This document shows, piece after piece, positions 24,960 to 38,568 of a stretch of DNA of 64,000 bases. The stretch covers positions 44,022,001-44,086,000 of the forward strand of contig NW_024704742.1 in NCBI RefSeq assembly GCF_018977255.1, written 5' to 3'. The DNA comes from Callorhinchus milii. Its lineage: Eukaryota. Under the pieces are notes generated by a model. It saw nothing but the letters and a program-made list of their open reading frames with translations, was not told the DNA's origin and searched no databases. Numbering within the stretch: the first letter of the stretch is position 1; each line of letters starts with the position of its first letter. The position numbers and the translations under genes were made by a program.

Positions 24960-27270
24960 ATCCCCTCCCTGTTCTTCTGTCTGCTCAATTTAGATCTAAA
25001 ATTTTGCTATTTTGCAAATAATTGTGTTGCTTTTTCCTTCCAAAATGTATAACCTCTCACTTTTCTGTATAAAATTTGGTCTGCCATCTCTCTCATAGTC
25101 CTGTCTTCTGAAGTTTCTTTCAGTTTTTGTCGCATTTAGCATCACTCCCTTCTGAGACTCCCACTGAAGTTGTACTTGCACTCTCTGCCTCTACCAGTGT
25201 GATACTGCACCAGTGTGATATCAGTACCAAATACTGTAATATTTGGAGTTTCTTTTTAGTTTTGCTTTATATTGGTGTAGACTTGAACCATGCTACCATA
25301 ATTCTTATATACCAGAGATTGCAACATAGACCAATGGTTTTCTAAGTACTGAAACAAGAAACATAGCAATCATTAAACCATAAATTACTGTGGATGCCCT
25401 TAAAACAATAAACCATCCTTAAATGAAAAAAATGATGCCTTCATATCTACAATTTGGCTTGTTATCTCCACTAAAAAACACTTTTCTTGAATTTTGTATT
25501 CTCCCACAAATAGTGGCTGCACATCAACATTATAGCAACTATCCATGTAACAATTGCTCGTACTTTCTAAAACAAAGCTCCTAGTTGTTTGAGGGCACCT
25601 TTTAAGTGCCAGTTCCATTATTTTCTGGCAAATTGTAAGAAGTAGAGCTTTACAGATAATCAGAGGTACAGTATTTCAAACCTCTAATACATGAGACTGA
25701 TGAAGCAGTGTCACTCACGCAGCAGGTTACTGTTCTTAAGTGACCAATGTTACACGAGCCTGTGTTAAGCTGATGCTGAAATTAAATTAATGAAGATCTC
25801 TAATAATTCCTACTGTATCTTGTAGCCTTTCAATATGTTTTCTGGATTCAAGGAATTTCACACTTTTGTTACGTAAGAAATAAGAATTTCCAGAAATGCA
25901 GCGCACCTCCATTAACTACTTTCTGTTTCCTATTGTTTGCCTGGTTTCGTATTCTTTTGCAATTCTGCACTGAATTCTTGTGGCTTAGTTTGGATAGAAG
26001 TATTTGTGTCCAGCTTGTCAAAAGCTTTGTGAATGTCGATGAATTCCTGAGGAGTGGTGTTGTATACTACAACTCGCTACAACAATAATAATAATACAAT
26101 GCAGGTATTGTCAAAATGTCAAGATGTTTATTTGGCATGATCTTCCTCTTCTAAATTCATATTGGTTGTTATTACTGTGTAGCTTACTGGACAGCTACTG
26201 TTCCAAGCTTGGTCCTTTTTTTGACACTCGAGAATCCCATCACCATCCTTAAGTGAGTGGGTGATCCACCTTTCAGAGTGTTTCAAATAGATGCAGCATT
26301 AGCAAACTTGTCAACTCTTCATAACTGGTTACCTGCACAAGGGGCTGATCTCTGCAGGTAAAGTGGTAATACGAAATATTATATGAAATATGGTAATATG
26401 GTAAACTATGTTCCCCCCCCTGCCCCCATGTTAACTAACTTCAAACTATTATACAATGATGGGTGTATTGCTGAAATTTGATGGCAACCAAATATCCTTT
26501 GTAAATACTTCTATAAAATATTAATATATAATATTTATCTTTAACTTCACTCACTTTACATTCAGAGTTCCAACTTTCCCTAACTGCTCTTTTACTAGTA
26601 TGATATTGAAGAAATTGTTTCCTATCTTTGGCATCTTTAACTGGAATTTACTCATCTCTAGGGTCACTTTTGCTCTTTTAATATCCCCTTTAATATGTAC
26701 TAGGAAATTCCTTTATCCTCCAGAGTTCTTTTCCCTTTTCCTTTTTTGTCCAAGGTGTGTGTTTTATTTATTTCCATTATATTTGAACTATTCATTTATT
26801 TTAGAAAATGCTTTTCTAGGTGCCATTTAATTTTCTTGAGTATTTATTTGCATACTCGTGATTGCGTTAAGTGTTTATCTGATATATTTTAGTTTTTTCT
26901 GTATTCATTTGACTTTTTCTAAAATATGTATTTTTGCATGTTTTCGCTGCTGTTAATTTCGATGCAACTTTCACTTTAATTGTGATTGTTCATCCCCAGG
27001 AATTCTATTCCTCCTACGGTGTAGATACTGCCTTGAACTCATTGAATACAGTGGAAGCCGCATAAGCTGGACACCTCGGGGCCAGCCCTTTTGTCCGTCT
27101 TTAGCGGCATCTGAGGTTAACTGAAGTTTATTCCCTCCCATTGCCTTTCTCATTGGACAGGAAAAGGACAAATTAGTGGCTTCTTTTGTTTTTCTTGCAG
27201 TGGCGAGAGGAGGAAAAGAAAAATTAGTACAGTGTGAAAGGTGTTTCATATTGATCCACACTGCTGGTGG
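24960..27270 (-). mobile_element. Cluster of heavily decayed CR1-like LINE fragments
   Basis: Patchy resemblance to CR1 ORF2 on the minus strand; no intact ORF. Confidence 0.4.
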
Positions 27271-27284
27271 TCTTTAGGGAATGT

Positions 27285-27822
27285 ATATCACTCTGCAGCC
27301 CATGTCCTCTCCTGCACCAGGCTCCGCGACTCAATGACTCCCATCCTCGCCCAGCTCCACTGCCTCCCCATTACTCAGAGGATACATTCAAGATCCTGGT
27401 CCTCCCTTCAAAGCCCTACGCTGCCTTGCTCCTCCCTACCTCTGAGCTACCAGAGGTAGGGAGGAGCAAGGCAGCTCAGAGGCTCCCTACTTCTGAGCTA
27501 CCAGTTCCCTCTGCTCCAGCCTGCTTCACGTCCCCCGCCTTGCCTGTCCACCATTAGCGGGCGGGCCTTCAGCCTCTCTGCCCCCACCCTCTGGAACTCC
27601 ATCCCACAGTCCCTGCTCCTTGCCCCCTCTCTTGACTTCTTCAAGACTCATCTCAAGACACTCCTTTGACCGTGCCTTCGGTCACCCTCCTACCCCTACC
27701 CTCCCCGCCCTCCACCCCTCCTGATCCCAGCCACCAGCTTGAATGCGGATCCCTAACTGACCAGCGCCATGGGACGTCCTCCAGTTGTGAAAGGCACTAT
27801 ACATATGTAATTTGTTGTTGTA
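27285..27822 (+). mobile_element. L2 LINE 3' fragment carrying an internal fold-back insertion
   Basis: SAAHVLSCTR...TPILAQLHCLPI; (TTG)n tail. Confidence 0.88.
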
Positions 27823-29502
27823 GGTTTGGATCACGTCAAAAAGTAAGACTGTAGTTGTGAATGTTCAGTTTTAGGAATCTTCATCTCTTTCTCTGCTACT
27901 GGGTTTCTATTAGATTTGGTGTAAATACTGTTGGAACATTGGGACAGGAGATTTTTATGCAGCCTCTGACTTATTTTGCAGCCTTATGAATGACAGCAAT
28001 TCAAGTTACAAAGTACTGTTCCTAAAGATAAGTACACTGAGGATCTTAAATATTTTGGTACATTTGCTGGTACTATTCACTAACTGGAATTGATCACACC
28101 AGTTGAAATAGTAGTGGATTAGAAAAGGCAATACTTAAATCAAGGCATTCAGTTGATATCACAAGGGATCTGTTTGACTTCTAGCTCCTTGACTGGATGG
28201 TTCCCAATAACCCTGTGTCATGCTTCTTTAGTTTATTTTGTGTGTTGGGTTTAATCCTGCAGTCTGAGTTCAGGCTTGTGTTGCTGCCTGTCTTTTCACT
28301 TTCAACGTAGCAACAGCTGGACTAACTATCACCAAACTGCAGCTCCGATATTGCTCTTCGCTGTCTTGAGACATTCCCACAAGAGCTAACACGTTTGCAC
28401 CCATTCTGGGCTCCTCCTCGATCCTGCCTGGTATCCAAATAAAATGTCAATCTGTGCATAATTTTACAAAACAAATGCAAATTAAGTTCTTTTGAGTATT
28501 TTTATGTGGAAGGCACTTCATAAGAGCGGTTTACTGTACTGGATTGAAGTAGACAGTAGACAAAGATTGAGGAGGGTGAATTCTATTGCTGGAATCCATG
28601 TAGTGCAACTTCCAGCAGTGTAACTAACAATTTAGAACAAGGAGTATAATTTATTCTACTTAATTCTATCTGCTCTCTCCTGAGGCCGAGGAAAGTAATG
28701 GACATAAACAACTAAGTTTTTGCTCAAATCTTATGTGACTCTTTAATACAAGTAAAATGACTTCCAAGAAAGCTTTAAGGGATCTATTTTGTCCCGAGAT
28801 CAAATGATTCACAACACTTACATTTATGCTTCAGAGATGCAAATTGTTGTCTTGCTAAATCCACCACCTTCATTGAAGTGATCTCATCAGTAAGGATCCA
28901 ATGTTAATTACTTGTGATTATGTGGTTTAATTTATCCTGTGGCTGGACTTTTCAGTATTAAGTATCACAGAGTAGTTAATTTTACCTTAGAATATTAATC
29001 TGGGATGCAGGATTCCCAATTGTAATTCACTAAAAAGTTCTGAAACTAACTATCAGCAAACATTCAAAGTAATGCATGAGATTCAACAAAAGGGCAAAGA
29101 AAGTCCCCTCTTAAAAAGGTCTGAAAGAGAAATAGACATCTTAGAGGAAGTACTAAATTGCCTTATTATTAAAAAGTGTTGCAACTTTAATGGTGGTGAC
29201 GATCACCAGGACCTGCCTTCAGCCCTGATCCATCCACTCTGGTTTCACCTCTGACAAAGGAACAAGAATAGGGGGGGTGGAAAATAGATTTGGAACCCAT
29301 GGATACAAAACTAAACTGCAGTAAAACTAGTTTGTTGCTCATTTTAGCCTCCTAATACAGTGATTTGACTTGGCGATGCGGTTTATTTTAGTACTTGCTG
29401 AGAATGGACAGCTTTTACTTTTGACAAATGAAGAGAGATGCAAACTGACAGAAAATTAGGTGTTTTGGTTTGGTTGGTCTCCAAGGTGCGTGCAATGTAA
29501 AA

Positions 29503-29918
29503 CATATTTGTGACAGCGTCTTTCACGTTAGGATGATGTCTGAAAACACTTCACAGGACTTACTGTAAATGGCAGTGATGCATTTTGTAGGCAAACACGT
29601 CAGTCAATTTTATGCACAACAGTGGCCCACAAACAGCCAAGAAGTGAATGACCATTTTTTTATTTGGGGGGATTGTTGGTCAGGACACCAAGAGAAACTC
29701 CCTTCTATTTTTGAATAGTGCCATGGTATTTTCCAACAGATCAGGCAGATGGTGCCTCAGTTTAACGTATCATCCAAAGGGTGGCACCTCCAACAAAGCA
29801 GCGCTCCCCCAACGCTGTGTTGGAGTGTCAGTTTAGACTCTATGAGTCCCGAAATGGGGCTTGAACCCACAACCTGCTGACTCACAGGTGAGAATGCTAC
29901 CAATTGAGCCAGGCCGAC
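29503..29918 (-). mobile_element. SINE family A, near full length, ~100 bp upstream of exon 2
   Basis: Reverse-complement head (CTTGAACCCACAACC...AATTGAGCCAGG), body and tail. Confidence 0.85.
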
Positions 29919-30023
29919 AACCAAAAGTACTGTTCATAATTTGGGGAAAAAAAGGGGAAAGGCAAAATTTGAAACGTTAGTAATTGAAATTCAGAACTCA
30001 AGTTTCTTTGCTTTGCTTTGCAG

Positions 30024-30062
30024 GAAGTTTGGGGAGCAACCTCAACCCAAACGCCTTACCAG
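30024..30062 (+). CDS. RBPJ: RBPJ exon 2 (KFGEQPQPKRLTR)
   Basis: ttctttgctttgctttgcag| acceptor, AG|gtaaga donor, 39 nt, phase 2-2. Confidence 0.96.
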
Positions 30063-31181
30063 GTAAGATTCATTTATCTACCATCTGATGCTTTCTACTT
30101 CATAGATGTGTATGAAATAAGCCACACTGTTCAATTCAGCTGGGACTAGTCTTAAGATTTATGGCGCTAATTATGATTCACTCAAAGACTATCTTGTTGC
30201 TTCAGAATATTGAGCAGCTGTTGGCATGTAAAAACACTGGAAGTGGCTATTAGGATGACTTTGAGTTGTTTAGCAGCAGGGACTCTATACTCGAGACTAA
30301 ACGTGGCGCTCTGATCAACTTAACAGATGGGCCAATTATCCACATTTTCTGCAACAGTGCATGCTGTGTGAAAAGTCCAGAGTGGGTATTTAACACTATA
30401 TTTAGCAAGTTATCTTATGTCCATATTTGATGCACTCCATAAAGTATCTGCATATCTGTACAAAGTGGACCGTCTTCATACTTTTTGAATGGATTTGGGC
30501 CTTAAAAATATGTTCATGATTCCACTTCAGAGTGTTTCAAAGCTTATCAATGGACCCAAATGAATCAATTTATTCAAGTAAACTGACAGACCAGCTGCAC
30601 TGGTTTAATTTTTTTCTTTCATATCCTGTAGAATGATATATTGACCAATGATCTGTTGAGGGTAGATTTTATTTTGAAAAAACTGTGTCATTTTAAAAAA
30701 AAGTAGAACAGTTGTATTCAGAATTTTCATAGTGTGACAAGTGATTCACACACTCAGGTTTGTAAGTTGTTGAAACCTTGGTGACAATGTCGCTCATGCA
30801 AACATACTACAGTGCAGCCAATTATAACCAACTTTACAATAGTGTATATTCACTCATAAAGCAGTTAGACTGTGGACCCTATTCACTTTGTGTGCACAAA
30901 GCAAGCTCTCTCGCTTCCCATGTTGGCTGGCTTTTCATTCTAAAATAGCTACCTTCCGGGTCACTAGGTCTCCATTAACATCACTTCCTGCTTTGCTGCA
31001 CATGTGTGAAGTGACCTATTGATCCGAAAGTTAGCTATTTTAGCTTTTTTTTTTAAAAAGGCGACATTATAGTCATTATATCGCCACAAAGTCTCTTCCA
31101 GCGTTGCGCATATACAGCAAACAAATTGTTGTTGGCAGGGACCTGATGATTTGGAAACCCATTGTCCATTTTTCTTTAAGT

Positions 31182-31566
31182 GAAGTCCTGTAGCTCAGTG
31201 GTTAGAGCACTCACACTCTAAATAACCTCTTGCAAGCGAGAGACCTGCATTTGAATCCCGGCAGAGCGAAACGCTGGACAAGTTTCTTTGTTCCACATGT
31301 TTCGGTTTATCTAGCAGTAAGTAAGAACCTGGTCGTTAGTTGATTGGCGGATCACTTTTCCGAAGGTAATAATTTCTTCAAAAAAAATTAATCCACTTAA
31401 TCCACGGCTGTTTGTGGAACACTGCTGGAACATTGCTGTGCACAATTGGATGCCACGCACCAACAAAATGTGCAATCAATTCACTTTACAGTATATTCTG
31501 TGAATCACTTTAAGACGTCTCAAAGACGTGATAAGGTGCTATATCAAGTGGAAGGATTATTATTAT
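31182..31566 (+). mobile_element. SINE family B, long form, in intron 2
   Basis: GTCCTGTAGCTCAGTGGTTAGAGC head; (ATT)n tail. Confidence 0.85.
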
Positions 31567-31639
31567 GAATTCCAGGACCTGGCCAGTGCGTGCAGAGTGA
31601 GTTAGCTGCAGTCAAACCTGTTTACGCACCTCATTATAA

Positions 31640-31819
<180 letters not shown>

Positions 31820-33019
31820 TAAGTTTCTTAAGCTACAGTTTGAGCTGCTTTATTGCTCATAATATTTAGATTTGCTACAATAGTTAAATTTGGTCATTTA
31901 ACTTTTAGCTGTTTGGGATATTGTTTCTGCATTTGCCTATTTAATAATGTTCAGTGGTAAAGTAGCTTATTGTGTGAAGTACTTTCAGATGGAAGTATTA
32001 AAAAAAAGTTGAGATCTTGATTAAAAAATCTGCATTGATTGTGGTAAGGTGCTTCTTGTAACAAAAGGTCATCATTAGTTTTTCTCCTTTCTCCTCTCTC
32101 TCTCTGCCCCCCCCCAAAAAAAAAAAATGAAGCTGAATGCTAACTGTTTCAAGTCCAGATTTGGTAAAACTGCTGCTCCCTGTCAGATTATGCACAACAA
32201 GCATGAGGTCAGACAGGCAGGAAGGAAATGAGTCAGGAAACCCGAGTAAGGAGATGTATCTGCCAAAATATTCTTCCGCGGGGTTCAAATCTGCATTAAT
32301 TATAGTGGCTTTGGAAAAACATTCATAAAAAATCCAAGCTACAAGAAAAAGGTACCAGTGGTGATAATGGAACCAAACCTTTCCCAGACATCAGCACGAC
32401 AAACTTTTAACCTGCAGCAAAATTAGTGCTTTAAGACTGTTGTTTCTCTGTGATACTAAATTTTAACTACCAAGTTTTGAGTTTTGTAGAATAGTGGCCA
32501 GAGCTTGTAATGATCCTTGTAAGATCGAGTGTTGACATTCTTTCCATTGAGCATAACTTGTGGGTGGCTTTGGGGCAGAATCCTAACCTCTTATTCCAAC
32601 TATCTTGCAGATTGCATGCAAAATTGCATTGAAGTTAAATGCTTCATAGAGCAATTTACCAAGTCCATCTCAGCCAGGAGAGGTTGTTTTGTTTTATTCC
32701 GTTTCAGATTGGTTCAGATTATTCAAAAGCTTATTGAAGATATGCCTGAATTTTATTCCTGAGTGAGAAAAAGACATTGAGAACAGAACAGTTATTAGAA
32801 GGAAAACAAAATGATTTCATTCCTAATGCAGAGTATATTTCCCTTAAGAAGTTCAATACCAGTATTTCCTCCCATGTTCAAAGTAGGACGTACAAAAAGG
32901 ATGTCAGATTGTATAGGCCTGGAAGATGGAGATGTTACCCTTTATGAAGGGTGCTATATAACTGCAAGTTATTGTTATTGTTGGTTGTGATGATCAAGCG
33001 ATCAAATTACTTTTTTTAA

Positions 33020-33562
33020 ATTGAACATGATATCTAGCTTGGTATCTTCCACAAATTTGATACCGTACTCCCTAATATCTAAGTTGAGGCCAGTAATATA
33101 TATGGAAAAAGAGCCGCAGTACAGCCCCGTGCAGCATGCCACTACTTACTTTCCATCAACCGGGAAAACATTCTTTTAGCCCTACTCTCAGCTCCCCTCT
33201 CGACTCTCTACCCCCTCCTCGCTCCCTCCCTCCCCTCACCCTGACCATTTCCCCCCTGCTCGGGTCCCGACCCAACCCGATGAAAGGAGATGCCTTGGGA
33301 CGTCCTCCCGACGTGAAAGGCGCTCTATAAATGCAATCTTGTTGTTGTTGCTTCCTATCCTTCAACAATCTTTTTATCCGAACCACTATATTTCCGCCTC
33401 TTCCATGCATCCTGTGTTTCCCTACTAGTCTTCGGCGCCTTATCAAACATCTGGAAATCCAAATAATCAACTTTGCATTTGTCTACACTTTTAGTTACTA
33501 CCTCATAAAACTCTGTTAAATTAGTCAAACACGGCTGCCCTTCACAAATCCATGCTGATTGA
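33020..33562 (-). mobile_element. CR1 LINE RT fragment interrupted by a + strand L2 3' end (~33189-33350)
   Basis: CLTNLTEFYEVVT..VD...DYLDF and LKDRKQ|RVG...VSSG motifs rejoin across the L2 insert. Confidence 0.8.
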
Positions 33563-33764
33563 TGTAATGTCAGATTGCAATTAATGTAGAACAATCAAGT
33601 TGAAATCTAGTTAAATCCACTGTAGTAGATGAAATAAAGAATGTTTTTTCTTCAACTTATAGTAAGACAATAATAATTTTAAATTACACAAAATAATTTG
33701 AGCAAGGAGTGTTTTGTAACCAACTTTATGGTGAATAAAAACAAGTGATTTAAATTATTGGTTG

Positions 33765-34068
33765 ATAATAATCCTTGCATTTGATACAGCACCTTTCATG
33801 CCTGGAGGACATCCCAAACAGTGGGAGTAGGCGAACACAACAGCCAGTTTGCGCACAGCAATGTCCCACAAACAGCTCTGACATGAATGACTCATTTTAT
33901 TTGGGGGATTTTTGGCCAGGACACAGGGAGAAACTCCCCAGCACTGCATTGCATTGCATTAGAGTGTCAGCTCAGACTTGACTTGACTTCAAATCCCAAC
34001 TAGGGGATGGAGCCCACCGTCTTCTGATGATGCAATGCGGAGGCGAGAGTGCTAATGCTGAGCTGGAC
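33765..34068 (-). mobile_element. SINE family A, internally deleted
   Basis: Reverse-complement tail ATAATCCTTGCATTTGATA, body and head remnant. Confidence 0.75.
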
Positions 34069-34779
34069 TAAATGATTCAGTTTTCATCTTTAAGCCTGCT
34101 CTTCAACAATTACTGCAATGCAGTTTTCTTTGAAGTGGTTGAGATATGTGACAGGGGCTATGGGTTTTTTTGTTTTTTAAATACAGACTGTAAAGACAAA
34201 GGAAAATTAATACAGAAACTATATATAGCTGAGCTGTTATTTTCTTCCACTATGGCATTCTAAATAGGTTACTGTATCAATTAACTGTCTACTTTCACAT
34301 CCTTAATGCAGTATTAGTGACATGAACCCTGAGTCAACTCCTTCCCTTGGAGAATCCAGTTATCTTGCTACCCCTTGTCCAAAACTATAATTTTAAGGCA
34401 AGTAGATTACCCAAATATATGTTTACAGAAAGCAATCATGCAGGTATTCATTTCTTAGAGTGAAATTGCTAGTGAAATAGGACAGTAATAGTCCCGATGA
34501 AAACCACGATATATTAATTACATACAAACTGTGAATTTGTGCAAGAAGCATAAAGTGCTCACATACTTCCTGTATTTAAAAGCTGATAAGACTGAGTCAC
34601 TTTGGAAACTAAATTAATTTGGGGAATTTGTTCGGGGAAACTATTTATTATTGCAGTTCAATCTTTACTCCTTCCAGCTGTATTTGCTGTAAGTAGATTT
34701 CATCTCTGCCGTGATGAGGAGCACTAAGTGTTGATTCTTAAAAGTACCTGGAGGTTGTGGTGAACACCCAACTTTTGCC

Positions 34780-35720
34780 TGCACAGTTCAAAGACTGCAC
34801 AGATAAGGGGTGAAGAGCACTCTGGTCATGCTCGTCTCTTCAAGGATATCAAGATCCCAAAATAGGACAAGTTTGCGGCATTTAAGACCTGTGTACAAAC
34901 AGTCCTCCTTCATTTATATGATTTCTTGGGGATGCAGCGGAAAGACTTCCTCCGGCCCATTTGCAAAATCCAGGATCAAACCGTGAAGTGGATTTGTAGC
35001 AAACACAGGAAGTGGCTGCAGGAGGGAAGGCTCCAGCCTGACCTGTCGCTGAGCACCTGGAGGCAGAGTCAGCTTCACAGTGGACTTGTCTGTTTGTTAA
35101 AGACCCTCGCGTAAGGATCTGGATTAGACAGCTGATGCGGCATGCGGAATTGGACTTGGATCTCAAGAACATCAAGCTGGTTGGCACGTCACAAGTATCC
35201 TCTAAAGGTCCCACCGTGCTGAAGGCAGTTGTCCACCTTGATTGGTTTGCAGAGATAAGCAGCTGCTGCTTAAACTCTGCCCTTCCAACTGGTGGAACTA
35301 TTGCTCAATGGGAAGGGATGTGTGTCCGAGCTGTGGGCAGGAAGACGGTGGTAATGCTCTTACACATTTCGTACTAAGCTATGTTGCCCGCAGGGCAAGC
35401 TCGCAGGGAGTTGCTGGTACCTGCCATCCATCTTGACACTTGTTGGATGTCAAATCATCAATTATCAACTACCTTGGGCTAACTGAACTGACTCCGAGAC
35501 TTGTTTAGCAATGGAACGTCAGAATCGAGTCCACCCTCTGCAGCTGTCTCAGTAGTCTGGGCAGGGCCACAGTATTCCAGGGCACTGCTGACAAACAGTC
35601 AGCCAGACCAGCTCATCAGCAGGACTTGGAAGGGCAGACCAGTCACTGAGGGCGGGCACTCTTCCCACTGAGCTCCCGTTAACCCTGCAAGTCAAGCCCT
35701 AATGGTAGGGTGATGCAACT
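34780..35720 (+). mobile_element. Decayed retroelement fragment with CCHC-like knuckle, copy 1
   Basis: CPSCG-x9-HFVLSY; homologous to 46905-47420. Confidence 0.55.
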
Positions 35721-37689
35721 CCACAATAATTTCAACTTTTGTCCTCTAAGGCAAGAAGGCGATAAATTGATGCATTCATTTAAAATGGTTTATTGGGGAA
35801 TAATTGTGTTTATGAACGTGACATCTTCCTTTATATGCGCTTATACTAAATACCCCATTCTGCCAATGTTTACTGAAGAGGAAAAGATGTATCCATTACA
35901 CTTTCTAATCAAAGTAAGAACCTGTATTACCAACCAGTATACTATATTGCAGTCCATGAAATACTATAGGTAATACAAATTTTCAAGGAATCATTTTAAG
36001 GTTTGGAGTGATTGAAAGCTGTTTAGTGTTTGGCGCAGACTGCATATTCACATGCAGGTCGATTGTACATGCACTTAATCAACTCATTGTTTTGCACACA
36101 ACCATGTGCGGATTGCATACAATGATTGCCAATTGAGACTGCAATTGCTGAATGCAGGTACAAATAAAAAAACTCCAGAATCTGAGTGATAATTCTACCT
36201 TTCTTACATGCTTCATATCCTATAAGCGCAGTGTGGATTATTAAGTGTCAGTGAAGAACTAACCATAGGTGCACAATTATATATTTTTTACCACTGTAGA
36301 CTCTTATTACGATGCACAAGTCCTATGCTTTTAAATAAAATCTAACTTGCTGACTAATAAAAAATATATTTTTTTAAAAATGTAAATGTATTATAAAAAA
36401 TAAAAAAAGTATTTATACAAATAAATTGCTAATTGATGCCTTACTGCAATGGAAAGCTAGAATTTGTTTTCATTAGTTATTGAACGAGGAAGGATCCATC
36501 ATTGCAGTATTTGCTTGTCTGTTAATAGCTTTTATGTTATCACTGTTTGTCGGACATTGTTGCATGCAGATTGGTTGCTGTGTTTGTCTCAAATACACTG
36601 TCATTCCACTTCACATTATATCCTGTGAAATGCTTTGGGATGTGGTTCTTATGTGAAAGGCGCTGTACCGAATGCCAGGATTATTATGATCAAAACGCTA
36701 AGACATTTAAGTTTGGTGAAGCAATGTGAAGATAAAGATAATTGCATATAACACCAGTCAGTTTCTTATTTGTACATTACACACGTATCTAGTTCTTCTC
36801 TGTATCAAAAGCATGTTCAGTGCATGGAAGTGGAACCTTAGTGATGTCTTGCACTTCACTTTAGAGGAAATTGTGACCACAAACCTAGTTTTAAGTTCTA
36901 AGAATCGAGTGTAATTTGATCAGAATCTGAAACCAGCAACAGCTTGCCTTGGCATCCTTTGTTTTCTGACCACAGACCAGTAAAATGAGAAGCTTTGGAA
37001 TATTAATATAAACCTTATTATGTGGGTGGATATAAATAAATCTTTCAAGTTAAAATGATACAGTCCAGGATTCCAGTGGCGATAATATGCCTATCTATTC
37101 CCATGCCCTATAACCTTTATATTGCTATTTTGTATTGATTAAGCAGATACTGTTTAAGTCTCAATAACTTGTAATAGAATTAGAATAATTAATATTCTTG
37201 CGGTTGCAGGGAGAATTTTGTCATTAATATGGAAATTGTATGTTACTAAAATGGGGGAAATCTCAAGGCAAGTAGCCTGATAAAATTATAATGTTTGGTA
37301 AAAAGAAATGTCACCACATTTTTGGAGTGAATGGCAGGATGTTCGTTCCTTGGTAATTCTCCACTAAATCTTCTGTATTCTTGTGAAACGTTGCTCTAGC
37401 CTCTCCTTAGCACTAAAGCCTCTTGACTTTGATATTCACGGATATCTTCTCTGTATCCTCACCTTAGCCTTGACATTCTTCTAAAAGGGATGTCCAAAAC
37501 TAGATACAACTGGGGGCCAACCAATAATAATCTGTACAGGTTTAGTATTACTTCCTTATAACGTAAATAGTTTTAATATTAATATAATGTGGGATTTTGT
37601 TTCTAATTGCAGGAGTAAATAATAACTTGCATATAAATGGTGCAATGTAAGTGCCTCAGAATGCTTTGCAACTTATAATGGAATAGAAG

Positions 37690-38000
37690 TCATAAGATTA
37701 GTTTGGATGAAGAAATGCCTTTTGGTCCGAATGAAGAAGGCCCTTTTTTTCCTCATCCTTCCAGAATACATATTTCACCCTCTTCCCATCGCGCCATGGA
37801 GCTTTTTTTTAAAAATGAGTCCAATGTCCTGGCCTCAACCACCCTTCTTGTCAACCTGTTCCAGTCGTTAATTACCCTCTGGGTAAAGAAAAACCTCTTG
37901 GTTTCTGTCCTGAAATTTTCCTTAGCAACTTTAAACTTATGTCCTCTGGTTCTACTGTTTTGATGCATCCTAAACTTTTGTTCTAGGTTTACCATTTCAA
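37690..38000 (-). mobile_element. CR1 LINE ORF2 C-terminus/3' end
   Basis: SRTRGHKFKV...FRTETKRFFFTQRVINDWNRL, a hallmark CR1 sequence. Confidence 0.9.
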
Positions 38001-38355
38001 TCTCATTAAAATTTTATATGAAGTCCTCTCTTAAGATGTATTTCATGATGAAAGAGCACTAGCTTGTCTAATTGTGCTCATGTGAAAATTGTATGTAGTA
38101 GCTAATCTGCACCATAAGCAACATTAAATTAAGTTGGGAATTAACTTGAATTTGAGGTAAATTTGAATAAAGAGCATATAAAACAGGATAACAGTGAGAA
38201 AGATATCACATTATTTTAAAATAACAATGTTTGTTGGAATCATAAGGGAGACAGAACCTAAATGAATAACTCAGTCAAACAATGAGATGATCTGATAAAC
38301 AATAGGATACTTGGTTTAAGACTGATGCTCCATGTTGGTGAATTAAAAGTTCTGA

Positions 38356-38568
<213 letters not shown>

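Noticed and set aside
23221..24988. Active reverse transcriptase gene or novel RT system
   Set aside because: A frameshifted, 5'-truncated, interrupted L2 fragment. No intact RT ORF exists in the window.
4196..30023. Alternative first coding exons known in mammalian RBPJ, and intronic snoRNAs
   Set aside because: No convincing match or C/D box pair with a terminal stem was found by eye; needs tblastn/Infernal.
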